Assembly: GCA_963764165.1 (NCBI GenBank) | Contig: CAVXRD010000002.1 | Span: 1 to 64,000, forward strand | Length of the DNA stretch: 64,000 nucleotides | Origin: an uncultured Verrucomicrobiae bacterium | Lineage (GTDB): Bacteria; Verrucomicrobiota; Verrucomicrobiia; Limisphaerales; Palsa-1400 | Direction: 5' to 3' | Shown: positions 38,201 through 46,942 of the stretch, in pieces | Layout of the letters: each line of letters opens with the position of its first letter | Numbering within the stretch: position 1 is the first letter of the stretch | Notes under the pieces: model-generated | What the model was told of the DNA's origin: nothing | Databases searched by the model: none | The model's input: only the letters and a program-made list of their open reading frames with translations | Position numbers and translations under genes: made by a program

Positions 38201-40669
38201 ATCGTCATGACGCCGCTCGGGAAGGTAACCACACTTTATTCCTTCACCGGCGCGGCAGACGGCGGTCATCCATCCGCCGATTTGGTTCAAGGGCCGGATG
38301 GAAATTTTTATGGCACGACGATTGTCGGCGGCGCTTTCGACGACGGGCTGGTTTTCCGCTGGACGCCCGGGAGCGCCCCTGTCCCGCTGGCGTCGTTCGA
38401 TGGCTTCAACGGAGCTCATCCGCAGTCCGCGCTCGTGGCGACGGCTGACGGGAGTTTATACGGCACAACGCCAGACGGCGGCGCGACTGGCAACGGAGTG
38501 ATCTTCCGCGTCAGCATCAATTCCCCCACCCTGCAAATCACCAGCCAGCCATCCGACCAATCCGCTTTCCTCGGCTCGACGGCCAGCTTCAGCGTCGACG
38601 TGGCGGGCAACGCGCCGATTTCCTATCAATGGTGGAAGAACAACGAACCTCTGGCGAACGGCGGGAATATTGCAGGCGCGTCGTCACGCATATTGACGAT
38701 TAGCAACGTCAGCGGTGCGGACGCCGCTATTTATTATGTCACCATCAGCAATGCGATTGCCCCGGTCGTCACGAGCGAAAACGCGCTTCTTGAAGTCGTG
38801 ACTTCACCGCCGCTGTTCCTTTCACCTCCTGTCAATCAAATCGGAACAGTGGGCGGGTCGGTGACATTTCGCGCGGTCGTGGAGGGCGATCTGCCGATGG
38901 CGTTTCAATGGCAAAGCAACCATGTCAACCTGGTCAATAATGCAAACGTCGTGGGCGCAAACAGCAGCACGCTGACGCTGGCCGGCCTTAACCAGCGAAG
39001 CGATGCGACGTACACCCTGATCGCGAGCAATGCCTCCGGCGCCAACAGCGCGGACGCAATCCTGACTGTTTATGGCGCAAGCATCGCTGGCACCGCTGTT
39101 TCCTCGCTGCACTGGTTCACGGGAGGCGCGGACGGCGGCGTCCCAAACGGCCTGGCGCTCGGCTCGAACGGCGTCCTTTATGGCACCACACAGAGCGGCG
39201 GATCGGGCAGCGGCGGAACGATTTTCAGCGTAACCACGAATGGAGAATTCCAAACACTCGTCGCCTTCGCCGCAGCGAACGGCTCCAGCCCGCAAGCCGG
39301 CCTCACGCCCGGCAGCGACGGGAATCTGTACGGCACCACCCAAGGAGGCGGGCCCAACGGCTGGGGCACCGTTTTCATGATGACGCCCGCTGGCGCCCTC
39401 ACAACGCTCGCGGCATTTGCCAGCCAGTCCAACTACGCCCCCTACACTGCGCTGACGCAAGGCACTAACGGAAATTTCTATGGTTCGAGCGCGAACCTGT
39501 ACAAGTCCGGCGACGGCAATATTTTTGAAATGACGCCGAGCGGATCGTTGAGTGTCATATATAGTTTCACCGGCGGTCAAACGGGCAATGAGCCCATCGG
39601 CAGCCTGGCGCTTGGGAACGACGGAAATTTCTACGGCATGACGACCACGGGCGCCGCGCGCAATGATGGCGGCATCTTCGCCATGTCCCCCGCCGGCGCG
39701 CTCACCAATCTTTATTCCTTCACAGGGCAGATCGACGGCTACAATCCCATCGGCGCGCTTGTCCAGGGGACGGACGGATATTTTTACGGCGTCACCCGGC
39801 GCGATGTTTTGGATGGCGAGCAGTTTGATGGAACGATCTTCAAGGTTTCGACAAAGGGGGCGTTGACGACGTTGTACACGCTAAATCCTTACGTCAACGG
39901 CGATGGCGAATACCCATTCGCGGGGCTCGTGGCGGGAATGGACGGCAATTTCTACGGCAGCACCATGTATTCGGAGAGCAACATTTACGGCACCGTCTTC
40001 CGAATCACGCCGTCGGGGGCTTACACAACACTCTGCGCTTTCAACGGCGCCGACGACGGCGCGGAGCCGAAGTCCGCGATGGTGCAGGACGCCGCCGGGA
40101 ATCTTTACGGCACGACCACATCTGGCGGACCGTACGGGAAAGGTTCCATCTTTCGACTATCGATGACTGGCGCGCCAATCATCACCGAAAACCCGAACAA
40201 CCAAATCACCACCATTGGCGGAAGCGCGCAATTTCAAGTCTGCGTTTTTGGCGCGCCCCAGCTCACATATCAATGGCGGAAAAACGGCGTTAATCTCGCT
40301 GACGACGGGCATTTTACCGGGACGTCCACACGCGTGCTCGCCATCTCTGGCACAGTGCCTGAAGATGCCGCCTACTATTCCGCCGTCGTCGGAAATCCGC
40401 AGGGAATCATCGACAGCGCCGGGGCGTCACTCACGGTGGTCGGCCAGCCGGTCATCACGAGCGCCTATCAAAATGCGGGCGCTCTGGTGTTTTCGTGGGA
40501 ATCTGTCGCCGGACAGTCTTACCAGGTGCAGTCGACCACCAATCTTGACAGCCCAAATTGGGCAAATGTTGGGAGCGCGACCAGCGCGACGACTAATTTG
40601 CTTTCGGCCACCAACTCCATTGGGGCGGCGGCGCAGCAGTTTTACCGCGTTGTGCTGGTCAGCCCATAG
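35204..40669 (+). CDS. Secreted S53 (sedolisin/kumamolisin) peptidase with Ig domains and GloVer-type tandem repeats
   Basis: Pro-kumamolisin domain; catalytic EVTAD, SGDYG, GGTS; GYDLCTGWGSP; Ig-like YQW...GTY domains; 14 DGNxYGTT repeats; terminal FYRVV. GTG 35204 preferred because the longer ORF start runs through REP sequence. Confidence 0.9.
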   Translation: MRTPQPRFIAFYLNALVLFVLTASALGQAKLQTVHSERPWDAASLKAAKSMDPTRSLRVTLGLPLRNHDELRALLRDIYTPGNANYHHYLTASEFASRFGPDEDDYAAVVRFAESHGLKVTGRHSNRTLVDVQGKARDVEKAFHVHMQVFQHPTEARAFFAPDANPSVDLAVPLLTIQGLDNFMVPHPINLKTAFATTNAIANSFGTGPRGSYMGADFRASYAPGVALTGTGQTVGLLEFDGYYADDIAQYKFLAKLPDVPLTNVLLNGFSGVPGGAAMEVTADIDMAICMAPGLSSVMVYEGGNPNTILNQMATDNLAKSLSSSWGYYPVVDATRTQIFEQFAAQGQTMFQASGDYGAYSPGVISSPSDDPNLTIVGGTILTTAGPGGPWLAESAWSGGSGGYSSNFALPSWQANIANSANHASSTGRNLPDVAAIADSIWLIALNGEQGFVGGTSTAAPLWAGFAALVNQQAAAEGKPPIGFLNPLLYSIGRTSAYTSAFHDITVGNNTNSVSTSNYFAEPGYDLCTGWGSPAGSNLITALLSPPGALQIFANSGLAASGSQGGSFSPANQEVLLEDFATNSVNWSAGVSAPWLSLSPASGTVANGGTASILLLSVNSAASALPPGNYSATICFTNLADGTVQTRPFALAVTPGSAAPLIYSQPVSQEAAPGASAAFTVKAAGNARLTYQWQQNGVNVSNNANVTGATTATLTLENISLASAGTYTVIVSNSLGVAASSNAILTLAPITASGVAISNLYSFTAGSDGANPNGLMQASDGNFYGTTQYGGINSAGTAFRFSPAGALQTMFQFGGTDAGYTPQAALVQGADGGLYGTTASGGTIGGGIIFKITTNGVFATLYNFNGGDGDSPEVPMILGADGNLYGTTSSGGAAGDGEIFELTQAGALTQIGTFNYFNGFDPSKLTQGIDGSFYGTTFGGGAPGDGTVFNLSTNGLLTTLFVCDYTNGGYLPLAGLSQAPDGNLYGTTYEGGASNFGTLIVMTPLGKVTTLYSFTGAADGGHPSADLVQGPDGNFYGTTIVGGAFDDGLVFRWTPGSAPVPLASFDGFNGAHPQSALVATADGSLYGTTPDGGATGNGVIFRVSINSPTLQITSQPSDQSAFLGSTASFSVDVAGNAPISYQWWKNNEPLANGGNIAGASSRILTISNVSGADAAIYYVTISNAIAPVVTSENALLEVVTSPPLFLSPPVNQIGTVGGSVTFRAVVEGDLPMAFQWQSNHVNLVNNANVVGANSSTLTLAGLNQRSDATYTLIASNASGANSADAILTVYGASIAGTAVSSLHWFTGGADGGVPNGLALGSNGVLYGTTQSGGSGSGGTIFSVTTNGEFQTLVAFAAANGSSPQAGLTPGSDGNLYGTTQGGGPNGWGTVFMMTPAGALTTLAAFASQSNYAPYTALTQGTNGNFYGSSANLYKSGDGNIFEMTPSGSLSVIYSFTGGQTGNEPIGSLALGNDGNFYGMTTTGAARNDGGIFAMSPAGALTNLYSFTGQIDGYNPIGALVQGTDGYFYGVTRRDVLDGEQFDGTIFKVSTKGALTTLYTLNPYVNGDGEYPFAGLVAGMDGNFYGSTMYSESNIYGTVFRITPSGAYTTLCAFNGADDGAEPKSAMVQDAAGNLYGTTTSGGPYGKGSIFRLSMTGAPIITENPNNQITTIGGSAQFQVCVFGAPQLTYQWRKNGVNLADDGHFTGTSTRVLAISGTVPEDAAYYSAVVGNPQGIIDSAGASLTVVGQPVITSAYQNAGALVFSWESVAGQSYQVQSTTNLDSPNWANVGSATSATTNLLSATNSIGAAAQQFYRVVLVSP

Positions 40670-40773
40670 CTGGCGGGCATTTTGATGAAATGGGATGCAT
40701 GGGAAAAATGGGACATATGGGCGGTCACTCGGCGCTTTACATTTCCTCGGGCGCGTGATGCGATTTCACCAAT

Positions 40774-42906
40774 ATGTGCATTCAGATCATCAAATCGCGA
40801 CCGCGAACCTTCTTCTTGACATTCGCGCTGGGGGCCTTGTTTTGCGCTCCCGCGACAAGCTTTGCGCAGCCAGCCAATCCGTTTGCCACCGCCAGCACCC
40901 TCCCCCTTCAAGCGCCGCCGTTCGACAAAATCAAAGACACCGACTACCAGCCGGCTTTCGACGAAGCGATCAAGCAGCAATTGGCCGAGATAGAGCAAAT
41001 CGCCGATAATCCGGCCGAGCCCACCTTCGAGAATACGATTGTCGCCATCGAAAAATCCGGCCGCATGCTGGATCGCGTTTCCACGATCTTCAGCGCCATT
41101 GTCGGCGCGAACACCAGCGATGTTCTTGACAACACGCAAACCGTCGAAGCGCCAAAGCTCGCGGGGCAGCAAGACGCCATTTATCTCAACGCGAAGTTGT
41201 TCGCGCGCGTCGAGACTGTATACAGGAGCAGCGCGAAGAAAAAATTGGACCCGGAATCACGCCGCTTGCTGGAGGTTTACTACAGGCAGTTCCTGCACGC
41301 CGGCGCGGACCTGCCGGAAATGGACAAAGAGCGCCTTCGCGAGATCAACAAGGAAGACGCCAGCCTTGAAGCGGCCTTCCAACAAAAGCTGCTCGCCGGG
41401 ACCAAAGCGGGCGCGCTGGTTGTCGATGACCGCTCGAAATTGCGCGGCTTGACCGATGCCGAAATCAACGCCGCCTCCCACGCCGCCGAAGGCCGGGGAT
41501 TGACGAACAAGTATGTCGTCCCCTTGCAAAACACGACCCGCCAGCCTTCCCTTTCAGAGCTGGCCGATCGTTCCGTGCGCGAGCAGCTTTTTCACAACTC
41601 ATGGACGCGCACGGAGAAGGGCGACACCAATGACACTCGCGAGACGATTTTGAGAATCGCCAAATTGCGCGCGGAAAAAGCGCGCATGCTCGGTTACAAA
41701 AGCTTCGCCGAGTACGCGCTCTACGACCAGATGGTGAAGACCCCAAAGGAAGTCGACAAGTTCATCGGCCAGATGGCGCCCGCCACCCGCGCCAAGGCCA
41801 ATGACGAGGCGCGCCAGATTCAAGCTATGATTGACAAGTCCGGCGAGCATTTCGAGCTGAAGCCCTGGGATTGGGAACGCTATTCGGAAATGGTGCGCAA
41901 GGAAAAATACGACCTGAACCAGGACGAGCTGAAGCCCTACTTCGTCCTCGACAAGGTGCTCAAGGACGGCGTTTTTTACGCCGCGCATGAGCTTTACGGC
42001 CTCACATTCAAGGAACGCCACGACATTCCCGTCTACCAGGCGGATGTCCGCGTATTTGACGTGATGGACAAGGACGGGTCGCAGCTCGGCATGATCTATT
42101 TCGATTACTTCAAGCGCGACAACAAGTCAGGCGGCGCGTGGATGAATAATTTTGTCCAGCAATCGCATCTGCTTGGGACCAAGCCAGTGGTGTGCAACGT
42201 CGCCAACTTCCCCCAGCCCGCTCCCGGCGAGCCGGCGCTGCTGACGTTCAGCGATGTGACCACGATGTTTCACGAATTCGGCCACGCGCTGCATGGGCTT
42301 TTCGCCAACACAAAATATCCGAGCCTGGGCGGCGCGAACACCGCGCGCGATTGGGTCGAGTTCCCCTCGCAATTCAACGAGCACTGGGCGCTTTATCCCG
42401 AAGTGCTGAAGCACTACGCCGTCAATTATAAAACCGGCGAGACGATTTCTCCCGCCCTGGTGGAGAAGATCAAGAAATCCAGCACGTGGGGCGAAGGCTA
42501 CAATGTCGCTGAACTCCTCGCCGCTTGCGAGCTCGACATGCAGTGGCACGAATTTGCCGCTGGCGACGAACCGACTGATGTGGACTCCTTCGAGCAACAA
42601 GCGCTGGCCCGCACGCACACGGATTTTTCGATCGTTCCGCCCCGCTACCGCTCCAGCTATTTTATGCACATCTGGGCCAACGGCTACGCCGCCGGATACT
42701 ACGCCTACCAGTGGACCGTGATGCTTGACGACGACGCCTACGCCTGGTTCACGGCCCATGGCGGCATGACCCGCGCCAACGGCGAGCGTTTCCGCGACAT
42801 GATCCTATCGCGCGGCCAGACCGAGGATTACGCCAAAATGTTCCGCGCCTTCTACGGAAAGAAACCGGACATTGGGCCGCTGCTGGAAGATCGCGGGATG
42901 AAGTGA
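40774..42906 (+). CDS. dcp: M3 family metallopeptidase (peptidyl-dipeptidase Dcp-like)
   Basis: Signal peptide, KSGGAWM, FHEFGHALH, DWVEFPSQFNE, GYAAGYYAY. Confidence 0.9.
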   Translation: MCIQIIKSRPRTFFLTFALGALFCAPATSFAQPANPFATASTLPLQAPPFDKIKDTDYQPAFDEAIKQQLAEIEQIADNPAEPTFENTIVAIEKSGRMLDRVSTIFSAIVGANTSDVLDNTQTVEAPKLAGQQDAIYLNAKLFARVETVYRSSAKKKLDPESRRLLEVYYRQFLHAGADLPEMDKERLREINKEDASLEAAFQQKLLAGTKAGALVVDDRSKLRGLTDAEINAASHAAEGRGLTNKYVVPLQNTTRQPSLSELADRSVREQLFHNSWTRTEKGDTNDTRETILRIAKLRAEKARMLGYKSFAEYALYDQMVKTPKEVDKFIGQMAPATRAKANDEARQIQAMIDKSGEHFELKPWDWERYSEMVRKEKYDLNQDELKPYFVLDKVLKDGVFYAAHELYGLTFKERHDIPVYQADVRVFDVMDKDGSQLGMIYFDYFKRDNKSGGAWMNNFVQQSHLLGTKPVVCNVANFPQPAPGEPALLTFSDVTTMFHEFGHALHGLFANTKYPSLGGANTARDWVEFPSQFNEHWALYPEVLKHYAVNYKTGETISPALVEKIKKSSTWGEGYNVAELLAACELDMQWHEFAAGDEPTDVDSFEQQALARTHTDFSIVPPRYRSSYFMHIWANGYAAGYYAYQWTVMLDDDAYAWFTAHGGMTRANGERFRDMILSRGQTEDYAKMFRAFYGKKPDIGPLLEDRGMK

Positions 42907-43433
42907 TGGACGGTTCCCAGATGCATTTGTATGATAGCATTGTGTTCTGCAACCGGCTCAAAAACAATCTTGGTCCCGCGGGCGCCGAGGGTTTTCAAGG
43001 GGAAATTGAGCTGTTTGCCGAAACAGTGAGCATAAATTCGTCCGGCGACGAAAAGAAGCGCCCGGCAGCACCGGCGGTGCGGCAAAGGCTACACACCGTG
43101 ATTGGATGCTTGGGCTACTTGGGATTCTGAAAAGTCTTCGTTACTGTTCCCTCGTGGAAGAATTGGATGACTCGGTTGCTGGCAACTTCGGACGGAACGG
43201 TGAAGTTGGGACTTTGCGAGTGGCGCAAGGCATCCAAGACTGCCGGGGTTGATTGATAGGCATCCTTCGCGTGATCGCCACGAAGGATCGCGCTGTGCCC
43301 TGGCAAGGCCAGGATGTTTGCCAGGGTGGCGGCGGCCAGGAGGAGCGGCCCTGTTTTTTGAATCCAGGAAGAGGCGAGCTCGGTTTCCCCAGCCCTCCCC
43401 CCGCCATGAGCTTCGGCTCTTGAGCGCGATAAA

Positions 43434-43685
43434 TTGAGTTTGGCCGAGGAGCCGGTGAAGGACGTCGTTTCCGGCAACCCCTTGTTCGAGCGGATGGAAC
43501 TGGCTCGGCGCGCGCTGGACTCGCTCTCGCCGGTGCATCGCGAGGTGCTGACATTGCGGTTTCTGGAGGACTTGAGCCTGGAGGAAATCGCCGAGACGCT
43601 CCGGTGCAAGCGCGGCACGGTCAAATCGCGATTGCATTACGCAAAGCTGGAGGCCCGAAAATCTTTGGAGGCGGCAAAATTATGA
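43434..43685 (+). pseudogene. ECF sigma factor remnant, region 4 only
   Basis: LDSLSPVHREVLTLRFLEDLSLEEIAETL...GTVKSRLHYAK; in-frame TGA at 43407 and no region 2 found upstream. Confidence 0.75.
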
Positions 43686-44140
43686 ACAGAAACCAGCAGC
43701 GCCAATTTGTGCAAGAGTTGCTCAATCAGATGCCGGCGCTCAATTCTGACAAGTACAAACTCTACCGCAAGGAACTGGACGAAAAGCTTGCTCGCGCGCG
43801 AAATGAGGAAAAGTCGATGCGGCGAATTGTGGTGGCGGCGTGGGTGGGAGCCGTTCTGCTCTTCACGGCGGCGGGGATCAAGGGCTATCATGCCGGGACG
43901 CCGCCCGCGCAATATCCCGAGTGGCTCGTGCTCTCGCTGATCACCGTCGTGTTGCTGGTTCCGCCGGTGGCGTTGGTGCTGCTGGCCTTCTACCTTTTCA
44001 AATATCGGCGGCGGGTTCATCGCGCCGAGACCGACGCGCAACAAGCGGCGCTCGGAGAACTCCAGCGGCAATTAAACGAATTGCGCGCGCAATTGCCGCC
44101 GGGTGCGGCGAATCAACCTCCCACCGCGCCTGAAAAATGA
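43682..44140 (+). CDS. Two-TM membrane protein, possible anti-sigma partner
   Basis: ATGA overlap with the sigma remnant; two TM helices and a coiled-coil tail. Confidence 0.7.
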   Translation: MNRNQQRQFVQELLNQMPALNSDKYKLYRKELDEKLARARNEEKSMRRIVVAAWVGAVLLFTAAGIKGYHAGTPPAQYPEWLVLSLITVVLLVPPVALVLLAFYLFKYRRRVHRAETDAQQAALGELQRQLNELRAQLPPGAANQPPTAPEK

Positions 44141-44865
44141 AACGCAATGCATTCACCTTGGTGGAAATGCTGACGGTCGTTGCGATCACCGCCGCGCTGG
44201 CCGCTTTGTTGTTGACTGGATTGGGCGGGGCCAGGGCGCAGGCGCTGGCGGCGTCCTGCCGGAATAATCTTGGGCAGATCGCGAAGGCGCTGGCGCTTTA
44301 CGCGGCTGATTTCCGACAATATCCCGGCACGCGCGATTTGCCGTCCGGGATTCCTCCAAGCGGGGCGGATGACTGGAAGGATATCTGGAATTGCCGGCTG
44401 TTGCCATACGTTTCAGCGGGGCGATCCGTATTCCTTTGCCCGCTTGATCCAACGCCTCACGTCTTACCGCATTTTTCGCTGACGAATTACAGCTATGGAT
44501 ACAATGCTTACGGCAGCGGCGTGCCGCCAAGCACGTTGAAATTGGGTCTCGGCCACATCCAATCTCCGGGAAGCGAAACATCCACGGTGATTCTTGCGGT
44601 AACCGACGCCCAGATCATCGCGCCTTCTGACATGATCGCAGTGGGGGATTTGAACGATTTGTACAGCGTTTTCACGGTGACGATTTGGCCGGTTTCCTCC
44701 GCCCCTTTCGCTGGCGGGCCGGCCGCGCGGCACAGCGGCGGGGCGAACATGGTTTTTTGCGATGGCCATGCTGAATTTGCAAAACAGAAAAACTGGATTG
44801 AGGAAACGGATCTTGCCCGGCGCCGTTGGAACAATGATCACGAGGCTCATCGGGAAACATGGTGA
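44137..44865 (+). CDS. Prepilin-type N-terminal cleavage/methylation protein (DUF1559-like, H-X9-DG)
   Basis: AFTLVEMLTVVAI, CRNNLGQI, RHSGGANMVFCDGHAE. Confidence 0.88.
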   Translation: MKRNAFTLVEMLTVVAITAALAALLLTGLGGARAQALAASCRNNLGQIAKALALYAADFRQYPGTRDLPSGIPPSGADDWKDIWNCRLLPYVSAGRSVFLCPLDPTPHVLPHFSLTNYSYGYNAYGSGVPPSTLKLGLGHIQSPGSETSTVILAVTDAQIIAPSDMIAVGDLNDLYSVFTVTIWPVSSAPFAGGPAARHSGGANMVFCDGHAEFAKQKNWIEETDLARRRWNNDHEAHRETW

Positions 44866-44976
44866 ACGATGAGTCTGAACTCATGGCGGGCACCGGCTGA
44901 GTTCAGCAAGCGGCCTCTCCTGATTTTCGGGCGCTGCCCCGATGGCGCTCGCTCGATTGTTCGGCGAGGGTGGGGT

Positions 44977-45396
44977 ATGAATACGAAAAAGCTTCTCTTG
45001 AAAGCGGGCAGCGGGACATTCGCCACGGCGGCTGTGATCGCTGGATTGTTGAGCGGAAACGCAGCGCATGCCCAAGACCTGCATGCCTCCATCAATGTAA
45101 ACGTTGCGCCCACAGTCGCGCCGAACACGTTTGACGCAAAGGACGATTACGTTTATTACCCGGCGCAAAACGTCTATTACAGCAAGCATCATCATCGTTA
45201 TGCCTACATAAAAAACAATGCGTGGGTGACAGCGGCAACTCCTCCCGGTGTGACGGTCGAAGCGCTTCAGGCGGCTCCTTCGGTGAACCTGGATTTTCAC
45301 GATTCACCCGCTCTTCACCATGCGGATATCGTCAAAAAATATCCACGAGACTGGAAGCCGGAGCACAGGGATGAACGGCGCGATGACCGGCATTAA
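44977..45396 (+). CDS. Small secreted hypothetical protein
   Basis: Signal peptide ending AHA; DDYVYYP...VYY; His/Arg/Asp-rich tail. Confidence 0.7.
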   Translation: MNTKKLLLKAGSGTFATAAVIAGLLSGNAAHAQDLHASINVNVAPTVAPNTFDAKDDYVYYPAQNVYYSKHHHRYAYIKNNAWVTAATPPGVTVEALQAAPSVNLDFHDSPALHHADIVKKYPRDWKPEHRDERRDDRH

Positions 45397-45410
45397 TCCG
45401 GCCTCGGGCT

Positions 45411-45440
45411 GGACGCCTCAGTTAAGGCGTCTCTTTTTTT
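45411..45440 (+). terminator. Intrinsic terminator
   Basis: gacgcct-cagtta-aggcgtc hairpin followed by a T7 run, 15 nt after the stop codon. Confidence 0.65.
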
Positions 45441-45452
45441 GCGCGGACGTCC

Positions 45453-46346
45453 TTACGGATTGACGGTGCTGGCGTAGCCCGTGGCAACGTAAAGGACGTC
45501 TTGCGGGCAGCTCGTAATGGTGGGGGCGGCAGAGGTGAAGTACTTGCCAGGATTCATATTCAATGCGAAAGCGATCATGATCGGGTTGAGCCAGCGATGC
45601 GTTTCGACGTGCCCGTCCGTGAAGGAGAAAGTGCTGTTCTGCAGATGCCAGGCGGCGGTGGAATCCTCGAGCGCGGCGCCAGACCAGCGCGGTGGCGATC
45701 CCAAGTCGTCTTGTTCCCAAGAGCCCTCATTTTCCATGCGCGGATCGTTTTCCTCGACGAACACAAAACGTCCGCTTGAGTGCTGAATGTCCTTTTGCTT
45801 GAACAAACTTTGACCGCTCGCCCCATTCAACCCGCCCGCGCCCGAATAGCTTCCCCACGCAAAATAGCCGGGGGCGGTCGAGGCTGCGGTCGAGATGTTC
45901 GGGCCCACAGGACTGTTGACGCGAAGATCGGCCGGGCAATGAATGACATTCATATTGGGCGCATAAGGCCAGAAGCCTGCTTCGAGATAGGATGCCTGCA
46001 TTTCCAGGATATGCTGCTCCAGTGGAGATGTATTCGGAGGAATCGTTACTCGGTTGGGATTGTAATCGGAACAGCGCCAGGAAACGACAGTCGAGGTGTA
46101 TGACTGAGGGTCCATGTTGATCAAATTATCCCGGTTATCGTTGGCATACTGGATCCACGCTGCCACGAGTTGCTTCTGGTTGCTTAGGCAAGTGGCGGTC
46201 ATTGCCTCCTGCTTGGACTTGGCCAGGGCAGGAAGAAGCAGAGAGGCCAGAATGGCAATGATGGCGATGACCACCAGCAATTCGATGAGCGTGAAACCTG
46301 ATCTTAGCCGGTCAGGCGGTGGATGTGAAAAATGTTTATGGCCCAT
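45453..46346 (-). CDS. Prepilin-type N-terminal cleavage/methylation protein (H-X9-DG)
   Basis: [52 protein letters not shown] 46346 chosen as start. Confidence 0.9.
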   Translation of the reverse strand: MGHKHFSHPPPDRLRSGFTLIELLVVIAIIAILASLLLPALAKSKQEAMTATCLSNQKQLVAAWIQYANDNRDNLINMDPQSYTSTVVSWRCSDYNPNRVTIPPNTSPLEQHILEMQASYLEAGFWPYAPNMNVIHCPADLRVNSPVGPNISTAASTAPGYFAWGSYSGAGGLNGASGQSLFKQKDIQHSSGRFVFVEENDPRMENEGSWEQDDLGSPPRWSGAALEDSTAAWHLQNSTFSFTDGHVETHRWLNPIMIAFALNMNPGKYFTSAAPTITSCPQDVLYVATGYASTVNP

Positions 46347-46584
46347 AACGCTTGAACGCTTTGGCGCCGATTGAGAAGGGCGCACCGATATCCCAAAGCG
46401 ACGCGCCCGCTCACGCAAACACCGCATTTTTATTTGATACATTCGCAAACGCCTGCACCTCAATACGCTTTCGGTCTTTTTTTTGAATGCAGACGGCGAC
46501 GATTCGAGTAAAGGGTGGCCTCCTAGGGGCGCCATGTCAAGTTATTTTGCCCACGCGCATTGGAATCGGGCCTGATTAGAAGTG

Positions 46585-46683
46585 CAAGCGCGGCCGCGTC
46601 GCAGACCACCCGCAGAAATACCCGAGAGACCCGCTGGATGATCCGAGGATTGCTGCGGCTGGTCTGCGACACCGCCGCGCTCC
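46585..46683. repeat. REPIN-like doublet, family B (diverged)
   Basis: agcgcggccgcgtcgcagaccacccgcag inverted against ctgcggctggtctgcgacaccgccgcgct. Confidence 0.7.
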
Positions 46684-46942
46684 GCCTGTCGGCCTGCATC
46701 CATCACCCACTTTCAATCACACCAATTGGGATCTCCGTTTTCGCCCTGACGAGGCCAAAATACGCAGCAAAACAATCGCGAAACGTTTTGACACGAGGGA
46801 GTCAAGCCGATACTGTTCTTGCGCAGATGAACGCACGCCGGCCGGTTTCCGCTGAGCGCGGATCTCCTTCCGATGGGATGCTTGCCGGTAAACCTATCCG
46901 GAGACGGCCTCCGGGAAAAAATAGTTTGGAAATCGTTTCAAC

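Noticed and set aside
40689..40721. Short ATGGGA-type tandem repeat after the S53 gene
   Set aside because: Only 3-4 degenerate units with no inverted partner nearby; too weak to interpret.
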